A DNA stretch of 64,000 bases from Chrysomallon squamiferum (lineage: Eukaryota > Animalia > Mollusca): NCBI GenBank assembly GCA_012295275.1, contig CM022672.1:10726001-10790000 (forward strand). Reading direction: 5' to 3'. The number at the start of each line of letters is the position of its first letter. Position 1 is the first letter of the stretch. Under the pieces are notes generated by a model. That model saw nothing but the letters and a program-made list of their open reading frames with translations. It was not told the origin of the DNA and did no database searches. Positions 44,203 to 57,499 of this stretch are shown here, piece after piece. The position numbers and the translations under genes were made by a program.

Positions 44203-44661
44203 TCTCTCACTCTCTCACTCTCTTTCCCTCTCTCTAAAGTAACCTACAAAACTAATGCAATGGGCTACTCCTAATATTGCACCTAACCGTTCTGAGTGAG
44301 GGACACAATCAAAATAGGTCAGACTAACCTAGAACTGCTCTGCTGACTGCCATTGATCTGCAGATTATGAGGCGAAACAGCTGTTTGTGGCTTTACGGAA
44401 TTAATATATCGATGGATAAAACTTTGGTGGTGTTGTCGCGAGGACAACAGTTGGCTGTTTTCATTAGTCTGGACACACTGGCGTGACCTTGAAGAAGTTT
44501 CAGCGCTTGCTGGATTGGGAAATTAGTGATTTTTTTTTTTTTTTTTTTAGTAGTTTTGTCCGTTATTGGTGTCAGTTGAGTTTATATTCTCGTTCTTGCA
44601 CGATTAGAAAAGTGGAGTTTTACGATATGTTTTCTTCTGTTGAAGTGATGTATCATAATAT

Positions 44662-44724
<63 letters not shown>

Positions 44725-44918
44725 GTGTGTGTGTGTGTGTGTTGTCACAATATACCATTCTAAAAAACTAAACCAAAAAACACAGATTATAGCCCACCCC
44801 AAAAAAAATCCAGCAATAAAATAATAGGAACAAGAAGATTCATAAAATTATTTTTAATAATTTTTTTTTTTTTTTATAGACTATTATTATTTTTTTTTTT
44901 TTTTTTTAATATTATTAT

Positions 44919-44954
<36 letters not shown>

Positions 44955-45601
44955 GTAATATAGCATTATTGATTAAGTGTTGGAGAAAATATCTTTTGTT
45001 TCATGGTTAATTTTGTATTCGTTACTGCTATTTTTATTTATTTTACTCATGTGTAGTCATGTTCTTATTGATTTCACTGACATTCACAAAGATTACACAG
45101 CAAAACAAAAGAGTTCTTCAGTGACAACAATTTATTTGTTATTTGTGTGGCAGCATTGGATAACCATCAGATGTCGTGCAATGTAATTTTGAGTTACAGC
45201 CTGTTAATGCAGTCCAATGCAGCAACAGATCAATTTTTGTCACCATAAATAGTTTTGAAAACATCTCGACCTTCATGACTTATTAATGGGTTTTTTGCTG
45301 AAATGAGTTAATAAAATATGTTCTTTGTGGGGTTTTTTGTGTGATCTGTCAAAATCTGAATTAATGCTAAAACTATGCCCTTATTTTGGCAAGATTCATC
45401 TAAAATCTCTGATGTTGCACCTCTGTGCATCACTTATCTGTAGAATGTGGATTGTTTTAGTCCATTAAAACCTGAGTTTTGAAAATTTTCACCAGGTGAC
45501 TGGTTATCCTATGCTGCTTCACATTTTTTTAAATTGTCTTTTAAGAGAAAAACTAGTAATTAAACACTGAAAAAGTAATTTTAAACAATACATATATCTA
45601 T

Positions 45602-45632
<31 letters not shown>

Positions 45633-45699
45633 TGTGTGTGTGTGTAAATAACAAGTAATTTATTGAAGTAAATATGTATGTATGTGTACATACATAAAT

Positions 45700-45837
<138 letters not shown>

Positions 45838-45882
45838 TTTTGTGTTGTTGTTTTATTACAATTTATTTTTTTGTTATTTCAG

Positions 45883-45955
45883 AAATGATGGCAAGGGGTA
45901 TGAGTTGATGGCTGAAAACCATGAATCCATGATGATCTGGTTGCTGGCATTGCAG
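45883..45955 (+). CDS. PH-domain protein, coding exon 3 (INDGKGYELMAENHESMMIWLLALQ)
   Basis: Acceptor ttgttatttcag, donor CAG|GTCAGT; 73 nt, phase 2 to 0. Encodes PH beta7 and the C-terminal helix with the invariant Trp. Confidence 0.92.
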
Positions 45956-46464
45956 GTCAGTAATAATTAAATTATTTGTTTTATTATATTCTTTGTCCAT
46001 TTCCTATTACTGTGGATCATAAATAATGGGATGGATGAAAAGTTTATAGCATTTATAAAGTGAAATTCAAAGATAGTATTCAGATATTTGTTCACAGGTC
46101 TATTCAACCATGTATGTGCCATTTGTTCCACCTTTCAGAATATGTATAAACGCCACATATATGAAATGAAATTACATGCTGAAACATGACCTGTAGGAAA
46201 AATGCTACAAACCTTTGTTCAAATCCAGTATTTAAGAACTGTTGTTATTGTTCAAAAGGCAAATCATTACTGATACTGATAGAGTTAAATATGTTTTCAA
46301 ATTGTTCCTCTGTTCCATAAATACTGCAAAATCTGGAATAGATAGAATCTAGTTTTATAATTTTTAGCTGGATGATTGAGAACAAGAGTTATCTGCCCCC
46401 CCAAACAAATAAGAATTTAGACAAATAATGAAGGCTGATGATAAGATACATCAGTGCCTTTATT

Positions 46465-46905
46465 TTCAAACCAAGTCAGTCACATTTAACTGTACCCATG
46501 AACAACTTTTTGTCATTGGTTAATAATTTAATAATTTTAACACTGATTATCTCAAAAACTATGTGTTCTAAAAAATAAGAATTCAAATAATATTACAGTG
46601 ATAGTAACAAATACAACACATCAATGTTATAATGTTTTAACCAAGCCAGGCACATTCAACTGTACCCACAAACAACTTTCAGGTACCTGTTAATACTGTT
46701 ATATAGTTTAATAGCTTTAACATTGATTATCTCAAAGACTATGCTTTCAAAGAAATAACAATTTCTATAATACAAGACAGTTGATGTATCAGTACCATAA
46801 TCATCTAATCTCATTTATCTGTGTCCATGAATAACTTTATGTTACCTGTTAATACTTCAATATTATTAACTAACTTCCACACTATTTATCTCAAAAATCT
46901 ATGTT
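46465..46905. repeat. Old ~170-bp tandem triplication
   Basis: aaccaag.cag.cacatt.aactgtaccca..aacaactt and ttatctcaaa.actatg recur at about 170-bp spacing. Confidence 0.7.
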
Positions 46906-47469
46906 CTGTGAGTAAAAGTGACACAAGATGGTTGTAATCATCTCTGCTGTTACTGGATGCTTCTGGAGATCTGAGATTGGTAATTTACACTGGATCCTTG
47001 TCAAACATGCTGGTTATAAGCACTGCAGTTTTTAATGTTAATTCTGTGACTTGTGTTTCACAAAGGAGTCGTATCTCAACAGATTTCTGTCCACTCTAGA
47101 TTTCACCTTTAAGGGAAAAGCATACTGTGTTTTTATGGCTTAAAATTGTGAACTGACATATTGTTAACAAACACTAAACTTTTATTAATGAAAAAAATTA
47201 ATAGTGAGTGACTGCATTCAGTAGATTTGTAATTCTCTGACAAACAGTAACAATTTTATGTGAATGTAAATTGATTTTTTGAATCCCTGTAAATAATGAG
47301 ATGAAGGTTTATCATTTATTTTTCTTAGAGCACCTGTCTATTTACATTTTGTAAACTTATTTTATTTATTTCTGGCAACCAGTTTCATACAAAATAAAAT
47401 ACATCAGTATAAGAGGCAAGAAAATTTACATTAATTTTATTTTTAGTTTCCAAAATTCTTCTGACTCTT

Positions 47470-47800
47470 TTCGATTTTCAAATTTTTTTTTTGCTAACTA
47501 AAATTTATTATTCTATTTAGTATATTATCAGTGAAAACAATCACCCTTATTAAAAAACAACATTGTTTATCACCATTGTAAAACAATAGAAACAAAACAT
47601 GTATCTTAGATTTAGAAAAAAAAAATTTTACATACATTTTCTATGCATGTTTTTTTCAATTTGTTTTTTCTTGCTAACCAAAATTTATTATTCTATTTAG
47701 TATATTATCAAAGTGAACAGTCACCCTTATAAATAAACACCACTGTACATCAACATTATAAAATAATAGACAACAAAACATGTATATTACACTTTTAAAA
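47470..47800. repeat. ~180-bp tandem duplication
   Basis: ttgctaac.aaaatttattattctatttagtatattatca occurs at 47491 and 47671. Confidence 0.85.
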
Positions 47801-48022
47801 AAAATATTTTTAATTAACAATCTATGTACGTATTCTCTCGACGTCGTGACTTCCTTGCATAGTATATTTGATCATTTTTATAAAGTAAACATCTGTTGCT
47901 TGGCTTGGGCCAGTAAAATTCAATTTTCTGTTTGTCATAATAACTGTTTAATTGCTGGAGGCAACATAAAACTTGATCAGTCTGTGGCTGCTTGGTGAGG
48001 GAGGCAGGTTCAGAAATGTGTC

Positions 48023-48094
48023 ATGATGGCTTCCTGTCCTTCACTTCACACTATCACTGTCTGTCAGTTTACTCACGTCGCGTGGACACCCAAG
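48023..48094 (+). CDS. Candidate alternative first coding exon (MMASCPSLHTITVCQFTHVAWTPK)
   Basis: ATG followed by 24 open codons, then AAG|GTAGGT in phase 0, matching exon 52591. Locally GC/CpG-richer, with no polypyrimidine acceptor directly upstream. Confidence 0.5.
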
Positions 48095-48382
48095 GTAGGT
48101 TTGTTCGTTAGTATGTTATGTGCAGGTGCAGAGGATGAAAACAAAAATGTGCATTTATGATGTGTGCATGCAAAGGCATATGAATCCAAAAAAAAGCAAG
48201 CATGATTATATAAGTACATTAATAGACATGTATGAATATTTTGTTAGTCTGATTGGAGTCTGCACAGAGAGAGAGTATTCAGGAATACATCACACGGAAC
48301 TGACAAACGTCAGATGTCACTGTCTTCAACAACACCATCACTACTCAGCAACCAAGACAAAGTTAGAAAACATTGCTCAGTA

Positions 48383-49020
48383 ACATACATACATACATAC
48401 ACCCTCATATACATACATAATCACACACATACACACACACTCATATACATACACACACACATATACATACATACATACACACATACACACACACACATAT
48501 ACATACATACATACATACACACACACATTCATATACATACACACACACACTCATACACATACATACATACATATACACACATAAACATACATACACACAT
48601 ACATACATACACACACACATACACACACATACACACACATATACATACATACACACATAAACACACACTCATATACATATACATACATACATATACACAC
48701 ATAATACACACATATACATACACACATACATATATACATACACATACATACACACATACATACATACACACACATACACACACACATACACACATACATA
48801 CACACACACACACACACACATACATACATACATACACACATATACACACATACATACATACACACATACATACATATACACAGATACACACACATACAAA
48901 CATACACACATACATACACACACATACATACACACATACATACATACACACACATACACATACACACACACAAATATACACACATACACACATACACACA
49001 TACACACATACATACATACT
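48383..49020. repeat. Large compound (CA)n/(CATA)n microsatellite
   Basis: About 640 nt almost free of G. Similar blocks occur at 796-1010, 3638-3903, 15066-15200, 23740-23975 and 27225-27540. Confidence 0.97.
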
Positions 49021-49140
49021 TTGTGCCAGTGCATTCCCAAATATTGTCTATGTGTAGAGTCTAATCAGATGTACATAAGACAGAGACTATTCAAAATTCT
49101 AAAATACACAGACACACACACACAGACACATAAATACATG

Positions 49141-49178
<38 letters not shown>

Positions 49179-49529
49179 TACATACATAAAATAAAAAATT
49201 ATAATTAATGGTTCAACATTTAGAATAATTAAACAACGTGACTTTTAACTGTTTTGCATGGTAAAAACAAATTAACAAGAAGTTATGTAACAAAACTGAA
49301 ACAAGCTGTTGTTCAGAGTAAAAAACACTTTTGTCCATAATTTGAAAAGCGTATAGTTTAGGAATCCAGGGACAAATATGATAGTACCAGTTTTATATCA
49401 GAGTGAGTAAGTGAGTCAAGGCTATCTTGTGATGTTTATAGACTCACATGAAATTACTTCTAATTAGTTCTGCTATGAAACAGTGTGATTCAGTTACGTG
49501 AAGAAATATATGGGTTTTTTGTTTATGTT

Positions 49530-49645
49530 AAGCATCAAATGATTGTTTATATGAACCTACTCATAGACAGGAGAGCATACACCAAGACTTTGGATAAATG
49601 AATCACAGTGCACTTGTTGGAAAGTCATATGGCTGAAATGGAGTA
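49530..49645 (-). mobile_element. Decayed SINE-like fragment
   Basis: tttatatgaacctactcatagacaggagagcatacacc shares catagacagga..ag.atacacc with 42055-42076. Confidence 0.45.
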
Positions 49646-49762
49646 CATATTTTTTTTTTTTTTATTGTAACTGAATTCTGTGGATACAATTTGCAGATAT
49701 TGTCAAAAAATACTTCATGGGAAGAATGAAATAACATAATAAATTATTTGACCTTTATATGT

Positions 49763-49807
<45 letters not shown>

Positions 49808-50904
49808 ACTGTTGTGTATTGTATGTATGTGTGTGTGTGTATAGCCATCTGCACATAAGAATAGTAAATTAATTATGATCAATTTGCAACAGTTGGTATT
49901 TCTGATATCCGTTACTGCATTCGTCATAAACTGCATTGGAATAATCGGTAGTGATGTGTGTCACTCACTGACTGCTTCAAAACAACAAACAATAAGCTGT
50001 GCCCACAACCAATGGCATGAAGGGCTCCCTGTATTCACGACAGAGGACATTACCCTCAGAAATAATTAATACCAGTAATCAGCATTAACAACTGCTTGGT
50101 AGGAACTGCGTTAATAGCATTCCTCTGTGGGAGGGGGTGAGGGCTTTAGGTCTAAATTTCCTCATTGCACTAATGACTACGTTTATGGACATAAAAATAA
50201 TGATTAAGGTATGGACATAAATTTGATGGCTGTTAATATTCTTATTACTTTTTTATTTATTATTTTTTATTTTGACTTTTTATTTATTTTTTTTTTTTTT
50301 TTTTTGATATTAAGATATTTGTATTTTTTATATTTTTTATTATTTCTGATATTTATGTAATTATGTAAACCTGACACATAACTGTACACTTAACAATGTA
50401 CATAGCAGGTCAGTGTGACATCAAAAAGATATTAAAAACTTACCACGTAAATCTTTATTAAAAAGCCAATCACAATTCGTGATACATACACAACCAACCA
50501 TTAGAAATTAGCTTTACATTCAAAAGCTTTATCAAACCCCAATACTGTAATAGTACTTTTGCTAGGAAATAAAATGAATTTGGTTTAAAAAAAAAAAAAA
50601 AAGTTATCTTTTTCTTTTTATTATTATTATTATTTATCCCTTTTTTAATTTCTTTTATCTTTTATTAATTAATATAACCAGCTTGAAAAAAAAATAATAA
50701 TTTCAGTTTTTAATTTCATGATTCATACTCATGCATTCACCACCTGTTACTCTGTGTGTATACAATTTGACATACTTTCTGTTGTAATGCCAATTCACTG
50801 CAACACAATTTCCATTGCATATTATCGGAATCACATCATGCATATACATATACTCCCAGCCTGCAATGTTAATAGATCCATCTCTAGACCTGGTCACTTC
50901 TCAA

Positions 50905-50976
50905 ATGGCTTCTGACTGTAGGAAGAAATACAAATACAATACTATTGCAGTTGTCCAGTTCAATGGGAAACTGAAG
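50905..50976 (+). CDS. Candidate alternative first coding exon (MASDCRKKYKYNTIAVVQFNGKLK)
   Basis: caaATGG start, 24 open codons, then AAG|GTAATT in phase 0, matching exon 52591. Confidence 0.45.
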
Positions 50977-51127
50977 GTAATTTCTGTGATGTAAAATGCA
51001 CTTGTGCTTACTAAAGCATGTCTAGGAATGTGATCAGTTGAAACTGCAGCTGTCATTATGTTACTTTTGTTTGTTATTGTTTTTTGCTGTTAAATTAATA
51101 TTTTATATAAAGTAACACATTTCACAA

Positions 51128-51164
<37 letters not shown>

Positions 51165-51619
51165 TTAATACATACAAACATATATGTTTATACATACATA
51201 AAAGTAATTAATTATATTTTTCTTTCTTATGTACAATATGTATTTGTATTCTTTACATTGCTATTACAAACTTTAATGAATGGATTTTGATGTCTGTATG
51301 TATTCATTACCATTATTAATTCTGATCACTTTTTTATTCATATTTCTGACTGCAAAGCTATTCCAAGATTTTGTTTTGCTGTTTACATGATATTTAGAAT
51401 AACTAGTAATTGTATATAAATCTGTAAACTGACTGATTTTGACCAAATTTTGATGAAAAGTTTTATCCAGACAAGTTGGGTTATTATATTAAACAAAAAA
51501 TAATGTTAAAGATTTTTGAAACCATTTATTTCTGATGCACGTAATCCCACTGCAAGAAGAACAATAATTCATTTAGTATTATTAATTATAACACTTAGTG
51601 GCCAGTTTATAACTGTATA

Positions 51620-51722
51620 CAGGTTAAGAATCCCTTATCCTAAATTAGGAAATCCAAAAATCTCAGAAATCTGAAAATTTTTCTGAGGAGCAGAAATAGC
51701 GACATCTTAAAGTTTTCAGATT
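51620..51722 (+). mobile_element. pogo/Tigger-like DNA transposon end remnant
   Basis: TA|CAGGTTAAGAATCCCTTATCC...AAATCCAAAAATCTCAGAAATCTGAAA resembles the CAGGTTGAGTATCCCTTATCC terminus of Tigger4/MER46-type elements and is preceded by TA. No clear second TIR. Confidence 0.45.
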
Positions 51723-52590
51723 AAAGTTAGGAAGTTAGACAGTCTGATGGAAAAAATGTCCATAACTAGGGCACACAATCCATAGAGGTTTTTTAACACA
51801 GCATATTTTAAGTTATTATGTTAGAAGGTTAGTATACTGGGATACATGACTATTATGTCTGTCACATACACTCCAACAGTAGATGTTAGTAAGTTAGCAG
51901 GTTAGTCTGTTGTGACAGATGAATACTGTGTCTGTGATGTGCAGTCCAAAGAGATAGAGGTTTTCAGCACAAGATGATTTTTGTTAGTATGTTAGAAGAT
52001 TAAACAACTGTGATAGATACATGTTATGTCCACTGTGTAAATACTGCAGTGCAGGTTTATAGGCTGCTCTAATTAAAATTAGCATGTTAGACAGTTAGTC
52101 TACTTGAAATAAAAATGTATGTATCCATAGTCCATAGTTTTGGAACAGGTATTTAAAGCAGAGGACGTCCTTTTCTGAAAAGATTATTTTACATTATATT
52201 TCAAACAATTATTTCACTTGATTATGAATCATCAGAGATCAGTAATCCATTATCTGATATCTTTAAACTTGTGAAAACCATTTTGCTGTTTCTCGTGGTT
52301 TTTAAATTTTATTTATTATTATTTTAATTATTTATTTATTTATTATTTTATTAATTTATTTCATTTTACTTTATTTTATTTTATTTTATTTTGTTTTATT
52401 TTTGAGGCATAAAGCATAACTCTATAATCTTCTAGAAATATATTTAGTTTAATTTGTTACATTACAAATTTTACTGAAGTTTTCTTACAAGTAAAGCTTC
52501 TAGACTTTTAGAATTTGTGTCTGAAATGACTGGATAGGTGACAGTCAACTAATTTATTTATTATTATGTGTTGTTGTTTTTTATTTACAG

Positions 52591-52656
52591 GCAAAACGAG
52601 ACTTACAGACAGAGAAGAAGAGCAACAGAACAAATGAGTTTGAAACCAGACAGAGG
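52591..52656 (+). CDS. PH-domain protein, coding exon 4 (AKRDLQTEKKSNRTNEFETRQR)
   Basis: Acceptor tttttatttacag, donor AGG|GTGAGT; 66 nt, phase 0 to 0. Completes WLLALQAKR, which resembles the WLxxLQxKR end of TBC1D2-family PH domains (recalled, not searched). Confidence 0.9.
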
Positions 52657-53157
52657 GTGAGTTACATTCTTACTTTAGTCACTGATAGAACAGTGAGTTA
52701 CCTAACCAACAGCAAACACACATTTTAAACTGCTTAGATTTATACATTAGTTTTAAAAAAAATTTCAGAAAAATATACATCTACGAAGAATTCATTTTTA
52801 AAAGAAATAACACATATTACCATAACATGTTAATATTTTTAATTTTTTGCCTATGTAAAGATATATAATATACATAAATAGGTACAAGCATTCATACATA
52901 AATGTACACTACCCACTTATCTAGATACCTACCCACCTACATACATATATACAATATATATACATACATGCATACATGAACATATATATCCACACACATA
53001 AACATACAAATGCTTATATTTATACATAAGTATATATACATACACACACACATACATATATATATGTATGTATGTATGTACATATATGTGTGTGTATGTG
53101 TGTATATATATATAAGTGTGTGTGTGTGTGTCTAGACAAGAATACTGATATATTAGA

Positions 53158-53310
53158 CTACATTACATTATAATATATTACATCACATCACATCATACCA
53201 TGTTATTTTATTTTGCTTTGTATTACTTTACATTACATTATGTTACATCACATTATGTTATTTTACATTCTGTTATGTTACATTATGTTACATTACATTA
53301 TGTTACATTC
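53158..53310. repeat. ACATT/ATGTT pentamer repeat abutting the exon-5 acceptor
   Basis: cattacattatgttacat repeats run up to cattcacag. Confidence 0.85.
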
Positions 53311-53314
53311 ACAG

Positions 53315-53483
53315 AGTATATCTGATGTGAGCTCAGCCAGCATTGACAAGCGACCTCACAAGCCGCTGACAATGACAAGGTCACTGACGCTGAACCAGAC
53401 GATGCATGACTCGTCTCGGCCAGACTGGCGACGCTATCAGCTCTCCAAGCTCGGAGAAACAGTCGACGCCAACGTCAGGAAAG
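53315..53483 (+). CDS. PH-domain protein, coding exon 5 (SISDVSSASIDKRPHKPLTMTRSLTL...GETVDANVRK)
   Basis: Acceptor cattcacag, donor AAG|GTACGG; 169 nt, phase 0 to 1. GC/CpG-rich relative to the flanks, open frame (part of track ORF 53213..53548). Confidence 0.88.
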
Positions 53484-54110
53484 GTACGGAGTTAACTCCC
53501 TTTATAATCACTCTTTTTTGTTTTTGGGGTGTATATATATATATATAAAAGTAATACAGAAATGTCAAACTGATATGTGTTAATGTAGATTGTGTTTGTT
53601 AATGTTTTCACTGTTTATTTATGATTATTTTTTTCTCTTTTTATTGTCCTTTTTTCTTTTCACTTACAAAAAAAAAAAAAATTCTCTCTATTTTATCACT
53701 TTTGAAGGTTGTAAATTTTTCTCTATTCATTATAAAATATTTTGTGTTAAAATATGTATTAACTTCTAACCTTTGTCTTATATATGTGTCTGTCTGTTTT
53801 CATTATTTTACTAAACACCTTATTAATTTAATTTTACACTAAGAATTATTTAACTGTCGGTCTAAATTTCAATTTCATCTGTTTCTGTGGGAAATACATT
53901 TTTCTAAAGATTTTCCCAGTGTAAAGTCCATTTTTAAAACTAAGAATCTTTTTTGGTTTTGTTATTTTACTTTACTTTACATTAATTTTATTTTATTTTG
54001 TTTTATTTTATTTTATTTTATTTTATTTTATTTACTTAATTTTTTTAATTTATTTTAAAATCTGGGGCCCCATTTCACTTATTTTTTAAATTTAATTTTC
54101 AATCACGCAG

Positions 54111-54164
54111 CCTATGAAAGGGTGGACAGATCGAGGTCATTGCCCCCTGTTTTTGAATTCGAAG
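54111..54164 (+). CDS. 54-nt symmetric exon, copy A (AYERVDRSRSLPPVFEFE)
   Basis: Acceptor tttaattttcaatcacgcag, donor GAAG|GTAAAT; phase 1 to 1, open and in frame with exon 5. Confidence 0.75.
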
Positions 54165-55324
54165 GTAAATTTTGATTGGCTAATTGGTTTGTTGACCTTG
54201 GGCATCAGTGACATTGCTCTCTTGTTTTAAAATGGTTGTCAATTTTGTGTTTTGTTTTATCACCCATAAACAGATTATTGTACCAAACCCAAAGTCACTT
54301 AAAAATTAGTCTAGAAAAAAAAAACATATCTTTGTGGATAATATTTACTAATAAATAAATAAATAAATAAATAAACAATAAATAAATAAATGTTATTTAA
54401 ATTTAAAAAAAATAAATAAGTAACTAAAAAAATTACAATAATTATACATTAATTATTGATATAGTTAACACATACTTTAAATATTATTATTTTAATTTAA
54501 TAAAGAAATGTTATTTATCTTTTATTTTATATCTTGGTTGGGTATTCATAAATGTTAAACCTGTTATAAGATTATAATGAAAATTATAATAAAATACTTT
54601 GGTTTCTTTATCATGAATTAGATTGTGAAATAAAATAAAAAATAAAAAAAGATCCTTATCTAATATATATATATATCAAAAAATAAATAATATATGCAAT
54701 TAAATTAGTGAAAAAGAAGAGAAAAAAGAGAGAAAGATATAATAATAAATTGAAAAGAAAGAATGTAAAAAGTAATTAATCTTTTCTTATGAATATAATT
54801 ACCTGACCAAAGTATTTTTATTTCAGTTTTTCACATGCTTGGCTCATCTATAAGCTTTCAATTAAATAAATAATTCTATTTAATCATTTAATCACTAATA
54901 TGTATTTCTGAGATGCTAATTCCATTTAATTAATTAACTAAATAATTTTGCTAATATTAAATTATATTATTATTGTTGTTTTATTTTGCTAAATATTTTT
55001 TTCCAGTAGTGACATAGAATTTTGAAAATAAATTAAAGATTTTCAGAAAATAAATTACCATTAAATTTATTTTAATTATTATTACTATTCATATTTATTT
55101 ATTTATTTATTTATTTGTTTATTTGTTTGTTTATTTGTTTATTTATTTATTTGTTTGTTTGTTTGTTTGTTTGTTTGTTTGTTTATTTATTTATTTATTC
55201 ATTCATATATTCATTCATTTTTGTATTATTATTATTTGTATTATTATTATAAAACACATATTATTTAAATAATTTCTGGGGCCCCATTTCACTTATTTTT
55301 AAAATTTAATTTTCAATCACGCAG

Positions 55325-55378
55325 CCTATGAAAGGGTGGACAGATCGAGGTCATTGCCCCCTGTTTTTGAATTCGAAG
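55325..55378 (+). CDS. 54-nt symmetric exon, copy B (identical to 54111-54164)
   Basis: Base-for-base identical exon and splice sites, 1214 nt downstream of copy A. Confidence 0.65.
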
Positions 55379-56109
55379 GTAAATTTTGATTGGCTAATTG
55401 GTTTGTTGACCTTGGGCATCAGTGACATTGCTCTCTTGTTTTAAAATGGTTGTCAGTTCTGTGTTATATTTATCACCATAAACATGTTATTTTACAAACC
55501 CAAAGTAATTTAAAAATTCTACTAGATAAAATTTATTTTTTGTTACTTTTGCTTTTATTATTATTTATGCAAATAAATAAAATAACAAAAAACTGTAAAT
55601 GAAATGAATTTCAGCAGTTTATATCATTCAGCTGAAATTTTTTTAAATGCTAAACCAAATAGCATATCTTATAAACACAGCATTATCAAACTGTATTCAA
55701 TTCACATATTTAATTTTTTTTCATCTGAAAAAAACAAAAATTAATCTTTAGGTTTTTAGGTATCAGTATAAATAATTATTTGGCTTATTTCATTTCATAA
55801 AGATTATTATTAATTTTTTTTTTTTTTTTTACATTAGATTTGATTCATTAAAAAAAAAATTGTAAATTTTGAACAAAAGTTTATAGGAAAAGTAATTTCT
55901 TTTTTGATATCATAAATAAAATTAATTAAATAGTAATAAACAAATGAATAAATATGTGAAGTATTAATACTGAAAGAAAATATAATGAATTAATAAAATG
56001 ATTATAAAAAAAAAAAAAAATTAAAAAATTAAATAAAGAAAGAAAGAAAGAAAGAATGAAATATTAAAACTCACCTGAATCAGTTTTATAACCTGATCAA
56101 AGTAAATAG

Positions 56110-56155
<46 letters not shown>

Positions 56156-56725
56156 TTATATTTATATTAATATTTATATATTAACATGCACAGCTGATCT
56201 TCAAACTTTATTAAGCATTCTCAGTTAAAAACATAATTATTTTTAGTTATTCAATCAACACTACATATTTTTCATGGAAAGAAAACTGACCCCAAATTCC
56301 ATTTAAATTAGGCAGACATCTTGGGCATGTTGTTTCTCTCTCCTTGCTTCCTCCACACAAATATTTCCCATTCTAGAAATGTACCAAATATAAATGAACC
56401 CCAAATTTGCATTATTAGCATGAGCATGCATTTGAAAATTTCCTCTCCTTATTTGTTTTTGTTTTTTCTGTTATTATGTTTTCTTTTTACATGTAATGAA
56501 TTTGTTCAGTGATATTTGTCAGTATATATGATAACTGTGAATGTTTTTTTTATTTAGATTATTCATTTTAAAACTAAATGGTTTAGCTCTTTGTTTTCAG
56601 ATAAATAAATTATTTATAAAACCTCTAAAAATTTACTGGAATGAGAAATGGCACAGAAAGGCTGTTTTCTGATTAACATTAATATTCTTCTTCTTCTTCT
56701 TCTTCTTCTTCTTCTTCTTCTTCTT

Positions 56726-56756
<31 letters not shown>

Positions 56757-57085
56757 TTATTATTATTATTATTATTATTATATTTTAATATCTAAATATG
56801 AATGATAATTATGTATAACTTGGTTTATTAATATGAAATAATATAAACACATAAAAATACTTTTGTCAGATACACAAACTATACATATACACAAAAATGT
56901 ATAATTATACATAATAAAATACATATTCATACATATACATACATATATATCCACAAGTACTAACACATAAACATACACATACACATACACAAACATAGGG
57001 ACATACAGGGAAATAGATAGACAGACAGACAGACAGCCAACAGACAGACAGACAGATAGATAGACGGACATATATATAGAGATGG

Positions 57086-57142
<57 letters not shown>

Positions 57143-57499
57143 CTGACACACCAACATAAATCATATATATTGGTCTTTTGTCTTTTATATAATTTTTTCA
57201 TACAAACATGTTGTCAAATGAGAAATTTCTTTTTTTTCTTTTTTTCTTTATTTATTGCAATATTTGTTATTGCTGTTATTATATGATTATCATCATCATC
57301 ATCATCATCATTATCATCCTAGCTGATGACAGTTTTCCCAGTTTCAATTTATTTAATTTTTTATATTTCATTTAACACTACTCTTTATTAATAAATGGAA
57401 AATAAAAAACAAAAAAATTAAATTGTTGTTGATTTATGTCCTATCAAGTCTGTATAATATCAAAATATATAACACATCCTCGTTAATTTTTACTCCCAG

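Larger units (their letters stand above)
54061..56310 (+). repeat. Tandem segmental duplication, ~1.2 kb unit
   Basis: 54061-54240 and 55275-55454 are nearly identical. Patchy homology continues downstream (aaacccaaagt; acctgaccaaagta vs acctgatcaaagta; aattccatttaa). Confidence 0.85.

Noticed and set aside
46928-46985. ATG...ATTG|GTAATT candidate first exon
   Set aside because: Its phase-1 donor does not fit the next exon (52591, phase 0).
49875-50069. 64-aa ORF with a signal-peptide-like N-terminus
   Set aside because: Hydrophobic starts are common in T-rich DNA, and there is no recognisable motif or splice link.
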